Assembly (NCBI GenBank): GCA_965205505.1
Contig: CBDBHB010000008.1
Coordinates: 1-64,000, forward strand
Source of the DNA: Acidobacteriota bacterium
GTDB taxonomy: Bacteria; Acidobacteriota; UBA890; WLXD01
Reading direction: 5' to 3'
Length of the DNA: 64,000 bases
Positions 1 to 9,367 of the stretch are shown here, piece by piece (within the stretch, counting starts at the first letter, position 1; every line of letters begins with the position of its first letter). The notes beneath the pieces were generated by a model. The model saw nothing but the letters and a program-made list of their open reading frames with translations. It had not been told where the DNA came from and did not search any database. The translations under genes were made by a program, and so were the position numbers.

Positions 1-239
1 GGTGGGCAGCAGGTAGCGCGAGGAGACAAAGTAGAGGTTGGAGACCTCGCCGGAAATGATGCCCAGAGTGCTGAACAGCGACGGCAGGAAGTAGCAAACG
101 AGGGACCGTCGGCACGACCGAGTAGAAGCGCTGCCAAAACCGTGATCCGCTGTGTGACGTGGTGAAAACAAACGCCAGCATCACAAGCAAGATGCCTACG
201 CACTACGGCGTCGTTGGTGATCAGCGGCTCAGCCGGCAC
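1..239 (-). CDS. DUF819 family membrane protein, 5' part (runs off window; two apparent frameshifts near 200 and 100)
   Basis: Manual minus-strand translation across frames: PAEPLITNDAVV / GILLVMLAFVFTTSHSGSRFWQRFYSVVPT / CYFLPSLFSTLGIISGEVSNLYFVSSRYLLPT, resembling the DUF819 N-terminus; GTG at 239. Confidence 0.65.
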   Translation of the reverse strand, partial: MPAEPLITNDAVVRRHLACDAGVCFHHVTQRITVLAALLLGRADGPSFATSCRRCSALWASFPARSPTSTLSPRATCCP

Positions 240-347
240 GGCGACTCCGGTTGGTCAGCGGGCGCCGCTAGCTTATAGCAGGGTGCTGAAGGACTCTGAT
301 GGGTCTGGGTACGGCGTCGCCAAACGAGGCAGGGCCGACCTCGTCCC

Positions 348-550
348 CTACCCGGTAATCCGGGCGATCGCCCGCATCGCCTGCCGCTGTACGTCGCGAT
401 CCGTGTCCTTCATGGCGTCGAGCAGGGCCTCCAACGCCTCGTCCGACTCGATCATTTCCAGAGCCCAGGCGGCCTGACGGCGCACCTCCGTGCCCTCGTC
501 GGCGAGCGCGTCGACCAGGCGGCCGTGGCCCGCCCCAGCAGGCCGCTCAT
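348..550 (-). pseudogene. HEAT-repeat C-terminal remnant, probably of a BlaR1/M56-HEAT partner of BlaI
   Basis: ATG at 550 overlaps the blaI stop (ATGA) but is out of frame with GRLVDALADEGTEVRRQAAWALEMIESDEALEALLDAMKDTDRDVQRQAMRAIARITG* (HEAT/PBS-lyase-like), stop at 348. Confidence 0.6.
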
Positions 551-942
551 GACTGCGCTTCCTGGTGGCGCGCCAGCTCGACCAGCTTCGAGAGCCGGTC
601 GAGATCCTGCTCGTCGAGGTCGCCGCTGCCCTCGCTCAGCAGCGCTGCAACAACGGCCTCGCGCGAGCCATCGAAGAACGTCCGTACCAGATGCTGTAAG
701 GCGCTGCGTCGCGCTTCCTCGCGAGCCACCAGCGGCCGATAAACATAACGTGGTCCATCTTGTTGGTGTCCGATATGACCCTTGTCTTCCAACACCCGCA
801 GCATGGCGCGAACGGCCGAGTAACTAGGCGGGGCGGGCATCAGACCGCGAACATCGGCAGCGCTCGAGGCGCCGTGTTCGTAAAGGATGTCCATGATCTG
901 GCGCTCTCGTCGGCTCAGGTCGCGATGAATCTGATCGCTCAT
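547..942 (-). CDS. BlaI/MecI/CopY family transcriptional repressor
   Basis: LSRRERQIMDILY...SYSAVRAMLRVLEDKG...RYVYRP...LVRTFFDGS signature. Confidence 0.92.
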   Translation of the reverse strand: MSDQIHRDLSRRERQIMDILYEHGASSAADVRGLMPAPPSYSAVRAMLRVLEDKGHIGHQQDGPRYVYRPLVAREEARRSALQHLVRTFFDGSREAVVAALLSEGSGDLDEQDLDRLSKLVELARHQEAQS

Positions 943-992
943 GGCAGCTCGCTGGTCGCAGCGCCCCGCGTTCGGGCGCCCTGCTGATCCAT

Positions 993-1030
993 GTGTTGTT
1001 TCTTTAGCATGATGCTAAAAACCTAGCATC
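993..1030. promoter_or_regulatory. Tandem candidate BlaI-family operators (TGCTA-N6-TAGCA)
   Basis: Perfect palindrome GATGCTA-AAAACC-TAGCATC at 1011-1030 plus degenerate copy TGTTG-TTTCTT-TAGCA at 994-1009, in an AT-rich stretch upstream of blaI. Confidence 0.55.
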
Positions 1031-1121
1031 GTGGCCCACCACCGTCAAGAACGCGCCGCGGTATGCTGCGCGTCGTCGCTGCGATCGCGGCGAGCCACGT
1101 AAGCCACGCCGGAGAGCCCCC

Positions 1122-2254
1122 TTGTCACACGACGCCATCGTCGTTGGTCTGGGTACCATGGGCAGCGCCGCTGCGTGGCAGCTCACCGCCCGCGGGTGCT
1201 CGGTGCTCGGCCTTGACCGCCACGTTCCACCGCATGCGCTCGGATCAGGGCACGGCAGGTCGCGCATCATTCGCACCGCCTATATGGAAGACCCGGCCTA
1301 CGTGCCGCTCGTGCAGCGATCCTTCGAGCTTTGGCGCGAGCTCGAAGCCATGACAGACAAGGAGCTTCTTCGCAGAACGAGCCTGTTGATGATCGGGCTT
1401 CCGGATAGCGACGCGGTAGCCGGCAGCCTGGCAAGCGCACGGTTGCACTCCCTGCCTCACGAGTTGCTCGACGCAGCCGAGATCCGGCGCTGCTTTCCGG
1501 TGTTTCAGCCCGATAACGATCTGGCAGCATTTTACGAAGAGGTCGCCGGCGTGCTCGAACCCGAGGCGTGTGTCTCCGCCTGCCTCGACGCCGCGTCGGC
1601 CGCCGGAGCCGACCTACGCTACGGCGAGCAGGTGTTGAGCTGGAGTCGGGACGGCCATGACGTGCGCGTGCGCACCCAGGCAGATGAGCACGTAGCCAAG
1701 TCACTCATCGTAACGGCCGGCGCCTGGGCCTCCCAGCTCTTGCCCGAGTTCGACTCCGAGCTGAGCGTCGAGCGGCAGGTGATGCATTGGTTCGAGCCTA
1801 CGGACGGCATCGAGGCCTTCGCTCCAGATCGCCTCCCCATCTACCTGTGGGAGTCTCGCGCGGGCCCGGTTCTCTACGGCTTGCCCGCACTCGATGGGGC
1901 GCGTGGGGGGGTCAAGGTAGGACTCCATCATGGCGGCGAATCGACGACGGCAGATCACCTGGATCGCACTGTGCATGAGGCCGACATCGACGCCGTCCGG
2001 TGTTGTCTCGTCGATCGAATCCCGACCCTCAACGGACGCTGGCTCGAGGGCGCCGTCTGCATGTACACCAATACACCCGATGCGCACTTCGTCATCGGGC
2101 CGCACCCTAGCGCGGAGGGGGTCTTCATCGCCGTCGGGTTTTCCGGCCACGGCTTCAAGTTCGCACCGGTAGTGGCGAGGCCCTTGCTGACCTGGTGGTC
2201 GACGGAGCCACCCGACTGCCCATGGACCCGTTCTCCCCGACGCGCTTCGGCTGA
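1122..2254 (+). CDS. solA: N-methyl-L-tryptophan oxidase / monomeric sarcosine oxidase (frameshift near 2175)
   Basis: GLGTMGS FAD motif, GSGHGRSRIIR, CMYTNTPD, GFSGHGFKFAP; expected C-terminus GEALADLVVDGATRLPMDPFSPTRFG* lies in another frame ending at 2254. Confidence 0.85.
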
Positions 2255-2315
2255 TCCGTCGCACAGCCGCCACACCTCCACCCTGCTAGCAGGCCGTGGC
2301 TCGCGGACACCGAGG

Positions 2316-3278
2316 CTACTCAGATAGGTCGGCCACTATTGCCGGGTCGGTGTTGCCACCACAGACGAGCACCGCGACACGCTCATCCGGTCGACGCCGA
2401 ACATCACCGGATACCAGCGCCGCAAGCGCCGTGGCGCCGCCGGGCTCGGCGATCACCCGCAGACGGTTCCACAGTAGCCACTGCGCTCGCTTGATCGAGG
2501 CGTCCGACACCAGCACGGATTCGCTGACCCAACGACTGGCGCTAGCGAAGCCGATATCGCCGATCCGGCTTGCCCCGAGCGAGTCTTTCGCCAGCCCACC
2601 GACCTCGACATGCACCGGCTTCCCAGCTGCAAGAGCTCGCGAGAGCGTCGGGCACCCCTCCGGCTCGACCGCCACGACATTTGCCTCCTCGCGCAACCAG
2701 GCCGCCGTTCCGCCGATCAACCCGCCACCGCCGACGGCCACCAGAACGGTCTCGAGGTCAGGCGCCTGTTGCTGTAGCTCACGACCGATCGTTCCAGCCC
2801 CGGCGACGATCTGCGGCTGATCGTAGGCGTGAACGACGAGCGCGCTGGTCTCCAGCGCGCGTTGATCAGCAGCTTCGCGCGCCTCATCGTAGACCTCACC
2901 GATCTGCACAACCTGCGCACCAAGATCGTGCAGCCGACGCACCTTCATGGTCGGCGTGCTAGCCGGCACGAAGATCTCGGCGCGGTGGCCGAGCTCGCGC
3001 GCTGCGAATGCCACGCCCAGAGCAAGATTGCCTCCCGAGGCCGCCAGCACACCGACCTCCGGCACGTCGGCAGAGAGCAACCGGTTGAAGGCACCGCGAG
3101 CCTTGAACGATCCGGTGTGCTGAAGAACCTCGAGCTTGAGGAGCAATCGAACGTCCGGTAGCCCGAGCTCCGCACCGGCGATCTCGATGACCGGGGTACG
3201 GCGCACATGGGGCGCAATCCGCGCGGCCGCCGAGTCGATCTCAGCTCGTGACGGAACCGAGGCAGTCGTCACCGGCAT
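2316..3278 (-). CDS. PLP-dependent threonine/serine dehydratase
   Basis: LKLEVLQHTGSFKARGA (PLP lysine), ASGGN, VGGGGL, AEPGGA, CGGN; ATG at 3278 chosen as start. Confidence 0.9.
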   Translation of the reverse strand: MPVTTASVPSRAEIDSAAARIAPHVRRTPVIEIAGAELGLPDVRLLLKLEVLQHTGSFKARGAFNRLLSADVPEVGVLAASGGNLALGVAFAARELGHRAEIFVPASTPTMKVRRLHDLGAQVVQIGEVYDEAREAADQRALETSALVVHAYDQPQIVAGAGTIGRELQQQAPDLETVLVAVGGGGLIGGTAAWLREEANVVAVEPEGCPTLSRALAAGKPVHVEVGGLAKDSLGASRIGDIGFASASRWVSESVLVSDASIKRAQWLLWNRLRVIAEPGGATALAALVSGDVRRRPDERVAVLVCGGNTDPAIVADLSE

Positions 3279-3463
3279 GACGGGTGCGTAACAATGCGGC
3301 GTCGCATCACTTCCCCTGCTGGTAATCGTCAAGGCTTGCGGGTATCGTCAGCCGCCGGGCGGCGAACTGATGCCCATCTTCGCATGAGGCCGCTGTCGTA
3401 GAGCCCCAGCAGTGGGGCTGGCGTCAATGCCCGACCCACTCGCTAGCCTCCCGAGCCGACGAG

Positions 3464-5109
3464 ATGCCGCCTCCAGACTCCACTCACACCTCGTCGCGTC
3501 GTGCCATCGCGGGTGCGAGCCTCGTCGTGTTCACCAGCTCGGCGTTCATCATGACGCTGGAGATCGTCGCGGCGCGCCTCGTAGCACAGCATCTGGGCGT
3601 ATCGCTCTACACCTGACGGCGGTAATCGGAGTGGTGCTGGCAGGGATCGCCGTGGGCAACTACGTCGGCGGCAAGCTTGCTGACCTGTATCCGCCCCGCG
3701 CCCTGTTGACGACCTTGTTCCTGCTGGCCTCGATGTCGAGTCTTTCCGTGCTGTTCGTCGTCGACTGGATGGGGTCTTGGGAGAGGCCGGAGGTCATCTC
3801 TTGGCCGCTCTGGATCCTTCGCAACGTCGCCCTCACGTTTCTTGCCCCGGCAACCATCATGGGCACGATCTCGCCCGTGGCAGCCAAGCTGGCTCTCGGA
3901 GCGCGACGTGAAGTGGGCGCGACGGTTGGAACCTTGTACGCGAGCGGTGCCTCCGGAAGCATCCTCGGCACGTTCCTTACCGGCTACGTGTTGATCGATG
4001 CCTTCGGCACCAAGACGATCGTCTGCGTCATCGCCGCGGGCCTCGGGACAATGGGCCTGCTAGCGGGACGGGGTTTGCGCCGCAGCCCTGCTTCGTTCTT
4101 CGTGGTCTGGCTATCGTTGCTGTTTCTGATCTCTGCCCTAACCGTGGCGCCGTGGGCGTGGAGCGAGCGCTGGGGCCATTTCTTGGGCCTACGCTTCGCT
4201 ACCGACCATCTTCACTATCAGGACGAGAGCAGCTACTTCACGATCGAGATCTATGACGCCGAGGAATTCGACAACACCCGCGTGTTGGCGCTGGATCATC
4301 TCGTGCACAGCTACGTGAACATGGACGACATCACGCAGCTGGACTACGGCTATGAGACCGTCTACGCCGCGGTGACCCACCACTTGGTAAACACTGACGA
4401 GCCCTTGCGCGCGCTGTTCATCGGCGGTGGTGGTTTTACGTTTCCGCGCTATCTCGATACGCGTTTCGCGGCAGCAGATATCGACGTCGCCGAGATCGAC
4501 CCGGCAGTCAAGCGTGCCGCTCAGGTCGCTCTGGGCCTGCCCGCCGACGATGCTACCCGCATCCGGACGCACACGCTGGACGCTCGCAATTACATCGACG
4601 ATCTGCGGCGGCAGAATCGACGCGTGACGCACCCACATCAATTCGACTTCGTATACGGAGACGCGTTCAACGACCTCGGCGTGCCCTACCACCTGACCAC
4701 ACGGGGCTTCAACGAACGCCTGGCCGAAGTAATGACGCCCGACGGCGTCTACATGATCAACATCATCGATATCTATCGTGAGGGTCTGGGCCGGTTCTTG
4801 GGTGCTTATGTAGGCACCGTGCGATTGACGTTCCCGTTCGTCTACGTGTTCGCTGGCGACCCGGATGGACCCACGGACGAGCGCGACACTTTCATCGTGG
4901 TGAGCTCTCGACGAGCCTTACCGATCCTGGAGATCGGACCTAAAGAGAACGTTCCGGACGCCTGGGGCCACGTGTTTGCCTGGGCCGAGGCCGATCACCT
5001 AGGTGGAGAGATGGCGACAGTGCTGCAGCGCGGCGGTGGGTTGGTGCTGACCGACGACCACGCACCCGTCGACAATCTACTGGCGCCCGTCTTCTCGGAC
5101 AGCAAGTGA
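3464..5109 (+). CDS. Fused MFS/spermidine synthase-like membrane protein (frameshift near 3614)
   Basis: N-terminal frame MPPPD...FIMTLEIVAARLVAQHLGVSLYT joins TAVIGVVLAGIAVGNYVGG; C-terminal IGGGGFTFP, EIDP, DAR, DAF, HLTT, LTDDHAPVD. Confidence 0.85.
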
Positions 5110-5187
5110 GAGGCGCTGCAGCTGGGGCGCGACATGCTCGCGACGAAGCTCACAAGAGAGACCTCGACAGCCCAGCCTAGTGGCCTC

Positions 5188-5462
5188 TAGTGGCCTGTAA
5201 CAGATGATCGTCGCATATCGCAGATGGGATTTGCGGGTGAGATCAAGGCGCGGCGAGGAAGGCGATGCAATAGGCATCATCGACGAGGCGCAACGCCGAT
5301 ATCGCCCGCAACTGCCCATCTGTCCGCAGGATGGCTGCGAAATCGGCCCGTCTGCGGCGTTACTCCTCCTCCAAGATGGGCAAACATCGTCTCGTCGTCG
5401 CGCCTGGCATCCGGACCCATTTCGCCACCACGATATGCAACGATCATCTGTTACAGGCCACT
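5188..5462. repeat. ERIC-like cloverleaf miniature element, copy 1 (right end split by the IS110 insertion; final A at 6869)
   Basis: TIR TAGTGGCCTGTAACAGATGATCGTCGCATATCG (5188-5220) vs 5431-5462, 1 mismatch; two inverted internal hairpin arms with CAAGGCG...CAACGC; central TCC-GCA-GGA. Confidence 0.85.
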
Positions 5463-5499
5463 TCTATGAGAAGGCCTAGTTCGGTCAAGGGCAATGTGG

Positions 5500-5700
5500 T
5501 GCCCAGCGAAGAATCGATCTGCACGCCATGCTCCTATTCGCACTCTGGTGGACGAGGATTCAGGTCGTCCGGTGCATTCTGGGGTCCGTCCCGATTCGAG
5601 GCGCTGCAATCTAGCTGCCGAGCTCGAAGCTCGTAGTGACCTTCGCAGTCGCCCGGACCGGGCGGTCAGATCGATAACCGTTGGGTCGCGTCGCCCTACC
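5500..5700 (-). ncRNA. Predicted bridge RNA / seekRNA of the IS1111-group element
   Basis: Closing stem ATCGATCTG/CAGATCGAT; target-binding loop CTGCGA-[AGGTCACT]-A-CGAGC-TTCGA-GCTCG-GCAG-[CTAG]-A-TTGCAG (5604-5648) matches the insertion target; RNA ends not known. Confidence 0.7.
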
Positions 5701-5722
5701 GACCTCCTGGTTGCGGGTTAGT

Positions 5723-6769
5723 TCATGCTGCTGAAACCTCTACAGGTGCGCGCAACGGTTCGTACTCGTCTCCACTCAGCCACAGTCGGTGCAGCACAAC
5801 GGCGAGCTTACGGGCGACAGCAACTGCTGCCTTTTTGTTGCCATGAGGACCACCGCGTCCGGCCAGCTTGAGCCCCCAGCGTCTGAGCTCAGTATCGGGC
5901 CCGAAGGGGCCCAGGATGTAATGCGCCGAGCCCACCAACAGGCGTCGGAGCATTTTGTCGCCCGCCTTGGTTATTCGTAGCGCAGGGTCCTTGTCCCCCG
6001 ACTGCCGTTTCTTCGGTCTCAGTCCCAGGTACGGGCCCACGGCTCTGGAGGTATTGAACCGCTCCGGCTCCTCGAGCGTCAGCACATACGCCAGTGCGGT
6101 CAGAGCTCCGACCCCGGCCACTTGCTGGAGCTGCTGTGTCTCCGGGTATCGCCCCTGGCACAGCTGCACGATCTGACGCTCGTATTGCTGGATGTTGCCC
6201 GTCAGCATGGCGATCGTTTCAAGCACCGGCTCGAGCGCTCCCTTGAGCCGCTCCGGTATGTGCTCTGGCGCGGTGCGCGCGAACGCCGGCGTCGAGCACC
6301 TGGGAATACGACAACCGGCCGACTTGACCGCACCACGCACATGGCTCACCAACTGCGTGCAGCTCTTTACCAGAGCATCTCGGCTCCGAATCACGGCTAG
6401 ATCCGCTCGCGCTTGTCTGCCTCGATGCTGCACCGTCTTAAGCAGCTTTGGGTCCATTCTGCCCACTCGTGCCAGGTGCTCGGCATCCAACCGGTCGGTC
6501 TTGTCGTGCTCGCCATAGATCAGCTTCAGCCGCCTCGGGTTAGCCACCAGCACCTCATGACCCAGTTGCTTCAACTGCTCACTCATCCACGGCGAGTGCG
6601 TTCCAACCTCCAGCACTACTCGAGCGGGCTCCTCGCACCCGAACCGCCTCGCCAGCCCCTCCGGGCTCGTCCTCACCCGCCCTTCCTCCATCACCCTGCC
6701 CTTACTGTCGAGCACGCACATACGGCTGTACCGGTCGCTTACGTCCAGTCCAATCGTTACACTTGTCAT
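5723..6769 (-). CDS. IS110 family DEDD transposase/recombinase
   Basis: IGLDVS, VLEVG, KTDRLD (RuvC-like DEDD); GVGALTA; GLRPKKRQSG (conserved Ser); AVARKLAVVLH. Confidence 0.96.
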   Translation of the reverse strand: MTSVTIGLDVSDRYSRMCVLDSKGRVMEEGRVRTSPEGLARRFGCEEPARVVLEVGTHSPWMSEQLKQLGHEVLVANPRRLKLIYGEHDKTDRLDAEHLARVGRMDPKLLKTVQHRGRQARADLAVIRSRDALVKSCTQLVSHVRGAVKSAGCRIPRCSTPAFARTAPEHIPERLKGALEPVLETIAMLTGNIQQYERQIVQLCQGRYPETQQLQQVAGVGALTALAYVLTLEEPERFNTSRAVGPYLGLRPKKRQSGDKDPALRITKAGDKMLRRLLVGSAHYILGPFGPDTELRRWGLKLAGRGGPHGNKKAAVAVARKLAVVLHRLWLSGDEYEPLRAPVEVSAA

Positions 6770-6770
6770 C

Positions 6771-6854
6771 GGCCAACCTCCTTGGGCTTCGAGCCCGTTA
6801 CGTTTGAAGAAACGTTTGCAGAGCCGTCAGGCTACTGCGTTCAGGAGGTTGGCC
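6771..6854 (-). promoter_or_regulatory. 12-bp stem sequestering the transposase Shine-Dalgarno
   Basis: GGCCAACCTCCT (6771-6782) and AGGAGGTTGGCC (6843-6854) are inverted; on the minus strand the 3' arm is GGAGG-TTGGCCG-ATG. Confidence 0.6.
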
Positions 6855-6866
6855 TTCTCATCTCAT

Positions 6867-7652
6867 CTAGACGTCCCGCAGCGGCGCCAGGAGGGAACGC
6901 AGGTGCGCGTGCACATGCCCGTTCGTCGCCACGATGTTGCGGCCATGGAGCAGCTTCTGCAGGTCGTCGTTGCCAGCACAATCGGTCACGCGGCCACCCG
7001 ACTCGCTCACCAGCAGGATCCCGGCCGCCACATCCCAAGGCTCCAGGTGCAGCTCCCAGAAGCCGTCGAAGCGACCACAAGCCACCAGGGCGAGGTCCAG
7101 CGCAGCCGACCCCAGCCGGCGCAGCCCGCCCGCCACCGCACCGACGCGCGGAACGTTCTCGAGGTTGTTGTCGGCAAGAGTGTCGCGCGCGTAGGGAAAC
7201 CCGGTGGCCAGAATCGCATCGCTCAGGTCGGCCGTATCGGAGACGGCTGCCGGAGCACCATCCAGCGTCGTGCCACCGCCACGCCGGGCAGCGAAAGTCA
7301 TCTGCAACATCGGAGCGTGCACCACGCCCGCAACCAATTCTCCATCCTCGATCACCGCAATCGCGACGCACCACAAAGGGAGGCCATGGAGAAAATTGAC
7401 CGTGCCGTCGAGCGGATCGATCACCCATAGGCGATCCGAGCCGACGCGACGACGGCCAGACTCCTCGGCCAGCACATCGTCTTCGGCGGGGATCCGGTCC
7501 AGAATCCAGCGCTCCGTCTCCACATCGGCGGCACTCACGAGATCGCGCCGACGGCCACCTTTGCGATCGGCGTGCGCGGCATTCAAGCTGCCGTAGTACC
7601 CCATCAGAACGGTACCGGCACCGTGGGCGAGGTCGACGAGCTGATCCAACAC
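6867..7652 (-). CDS. suhB: Inositol monophosphatase family protein
   Basis: DLVSAAD, LAEESG, WVIDPLDGTVNF, RRLGSAALDLA, WDVAAG; GTG 7652 taken as start. Confidence 0.9.
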   Translation of the reverse strand: MLDQLVDLAHGAGTVLMGYYGSLNAAHADRKGGRRRDLVSAADVETERWILDRIPAEDDVLAEESGRRRVGSDRLWVIDPLDGTVNFLHGLPLWCVAIAVIEDGELVAGVVHAPMLQMTFAARRGGGTTLDGAPAAVSDTADLSDAILATGFPYARDTLADNNLENVPRVGAVAGGLRRLGSAALDLALVACGRFDGFWELHLEPWDVAAGILLVSESGGRVTDCAGNDDLQKLLHGRNIVATNGHVHAHLRSLLAPLRDV

Positions 7653-7789
7653 GGGGGCTCCCGATGGCGAGTGGTACCGACCCCGGGCAAACAGCCGCGC
7701 GGCTACGCGACGCTGCACCCCGGCAGAATGTCACACGGGCAGTATCGCCGATCAGCGCGTCGCGCGGGAAGCGCCCTCCGGGAGCAGCC

Positions 7790-8488
7790 TCAGTAGGCTT
7801 CGAGGCCTTCTTTGTCGAGCACCCAGATAACTCGATCGCTCGACTCTACCAGCCCTTCACGACGGAAACCGTTGAACGCCATGCTGGTGGTTTCTCGGGT
7901 CGATCCGACCAGCTGGCCGAGGTCTGTCTGCGTCAACCGGAGCCCGATTCGCACGCCGCGATCATCGGGAGCACCGCAGTCGTCGGCGAGCCGAACGAGG
8001 GCGTGTGCCAGCCGCGTCCGTACATCCTCGGACAGCAGCGCAATCATACGGTCTTCGATCTCCGCCTTGCGCTTGGCGATGACCGCCGTGACCCAGCCCG
8101 AAAGGTCCGGATGCTGCGCCAGGTAGCCCGCGAATCGGTCACGCTCGATGACGCAGATGAACGCGTCGGCGGCGATCTGGGCGTTGTCGCGGCGCCGATC
8201 GGCACCTATCAGCGCCGTCTCACCGAACATCGCGCCGGGGCCCTCGAAACCGAAAATGACCTGCTTACCGCCGGCGATCTCGCGATACAACTTCACCGTT
8301 CCAGTACGCAGGACGTAGAAGTGATCGCACAGATCACCCGCCCGAAAGACATCTTCGCCGCGCTTGAAGAGACGCAGGTCGGCAATGTTCACCAGCTGCT
8401 TGAGCTCCCAGTCGGCCAGCGTCTTGAACATCCCCATCTGCTTGAGATGCCAGTACTTGGCCTGCGAGATCGCCGAAGACGCTTCCAT
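7790..8488 (-). CDS. Crp/Fnr family transcriptional regulator
   Basis: cNMP domain (G.VKL, FGE) plus HTH LTQTDLGQLVGSTRETTS; GGAGGAG RBS before ATG 8488. Confidence 0.92.
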   Translation of the reverse strand: MEASSAISQAKYWHLKQMGMFKTLADWELKQLVNIADLRLFKRGEDVFRAGDLCDHFYVLRTGTVKLYREIAGGKQVIFGFEGPGAMFGETALIGADRRRDNAQIAADAFICVIERDRFAGYLAQHPDLSGWVTAVIAKRKAEIEDRMIALLSEDVRTRLAHALVRLADDCGAPDDRGVRIGLRLTQTDLGQLVGSTRETTSMAFNGFRREGLVESSDRVIWVLDKEGLEAY

Positions 8489-8559
8489 CCCTCTCCTCCG
8501 CGATCGAACTCTCGTGAACACCTTACACCGCCCGCACTTCCTGCTTTTCATAGGGCGGT

Positions 8560-8700
8560 TTGCCGTGGGCGGCGCGTTGGTTACAGTCCTTTCGCGGCGA
8601 TTTGCGACGGCTACCCGGAGGCTTGGCGCGGGTTCGACAAGAACTCCAACGCAGAACCGGTCCGTGCCAGACCCACCACACTTTCACCACGGGCTGCTAG
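8560..8700. repeat. Degenerate fourth copy of the cloverleaf element (one intact TIR)
   Basis: CCAGACCCACCACACTTTCACCACGGGCTGCTA (8667-8699) equals the copy-3 TIR with 1 mismatch; residual CCCGGAGG centre and shortened arm with CCAACGC. Confidence 0.7.
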
Positions 8701-9367
8701 CTTGCCGCCGTTTCCGGCCGTACAGACTCCAGAGATAACCCAACAGGAAGCCGGTCAAGCCCAGGACCAGGATGCCACCGGTATGCCCCATCAGCACGTG
8801 CGCAGCGTCCGAGTACGGGCAGAGCATGCGCCACGACGCCTCGGCGGCGAACCCTGCTCCAGTGCCGGTCAGGAATCCTGCTACTAGCGGCCGCTGCGGC
8901 AACGTGCGAGCCACCAGCCACGCGATCAGCACCAGCGCTGGCAGGCCGATCAGCGACTCGGCTCGAAAACAGCCCATCCACATCGTTACCGTGCCGCCAC
9001 TCGACATGGGGGCGCGAACGAAGATCAGCAGGTTGACAGCGATCTGCAGCACGTAGGCGATCAAGACGAAGGCGAAGATCTTGGTGGACGAGACGTGCCA
9101 GCCCGGAATCCCTTCGCGTAGCGCAAAGATCAGCAATGCCAAGGCGAGCAGTACCTGAATGGCGACAGGAACCCACGCCAGCATCATGCCGAGCTCGCCC
9201 GTATCGCGCAGCTGGTTGTATGCGAAGGGCATCGCCATCGCCGCGAGCATCACCGGCAGCACGACCAGCAACCGCCTCCAGGGTGGTTGCAGCGGTGTCA
9301 CGGACTCGAGACGGTCCCCGATCGCCAGGCGCAGACGATCCGGCAGGTCGGGGTGTGACGCTGTCAT
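8684..9367 (-). CDS. NrsF/DUF1109-like membrane anti-sigma factor
   Basis: Follows the ECF sigma with ATGA overlap; ~6 TM segments, conserved C (MGCF), WRMLCP..D..HVLMGH. Confidence 0.75.
   Translation of the reverse strand: MTASHPDLPDRLRLAIGDRLESVTPLQPPWRRLLVVLPVMLAAMAMPFAYNQLRDTGELGMMLAWVPVAIQVLLALALLIFALREGIPGWHVSSTKIFAFVLIAYVLQIAVNLLIFVRAPMSSGGTVTMWMGCFRAESLIGLPALVLIAWLVARTLPQRPLVAGFLTGTGAGFAAEASWRMLCPYSDAAHVLMGHTGGILVLGLTGFLLGYLWSLYGRKRRQASSPW

Larger units (their letters stand above)
5463..6866 (-). mobile_element. IS110 family, IS1111-group insertion sequence
   Basis: Sub-terminal IRs ATGAGAAGGCC (5466-5476) / GGCCTTCTCAT (6851-6861); CT core on both sides (5461-5462, 6867-6868); long non-coding end downstream of the transposase. 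Confidence 0.9.

Noticed and set aside
1122-5109. Programmed frameshifting in solA or the spermidine synthase fusion
   Set aside because: No slippery heptamer; a single missing base explains each case. Only the IS3 site is a credible programmed shift.
5204-5721. Small ORFs inside the cloverleaf element and IS end (also 24994-25350, 48446-48808)
   Set aside because: Reading frames are not conserved between element copies; the sequence is explained by non-coding structure.
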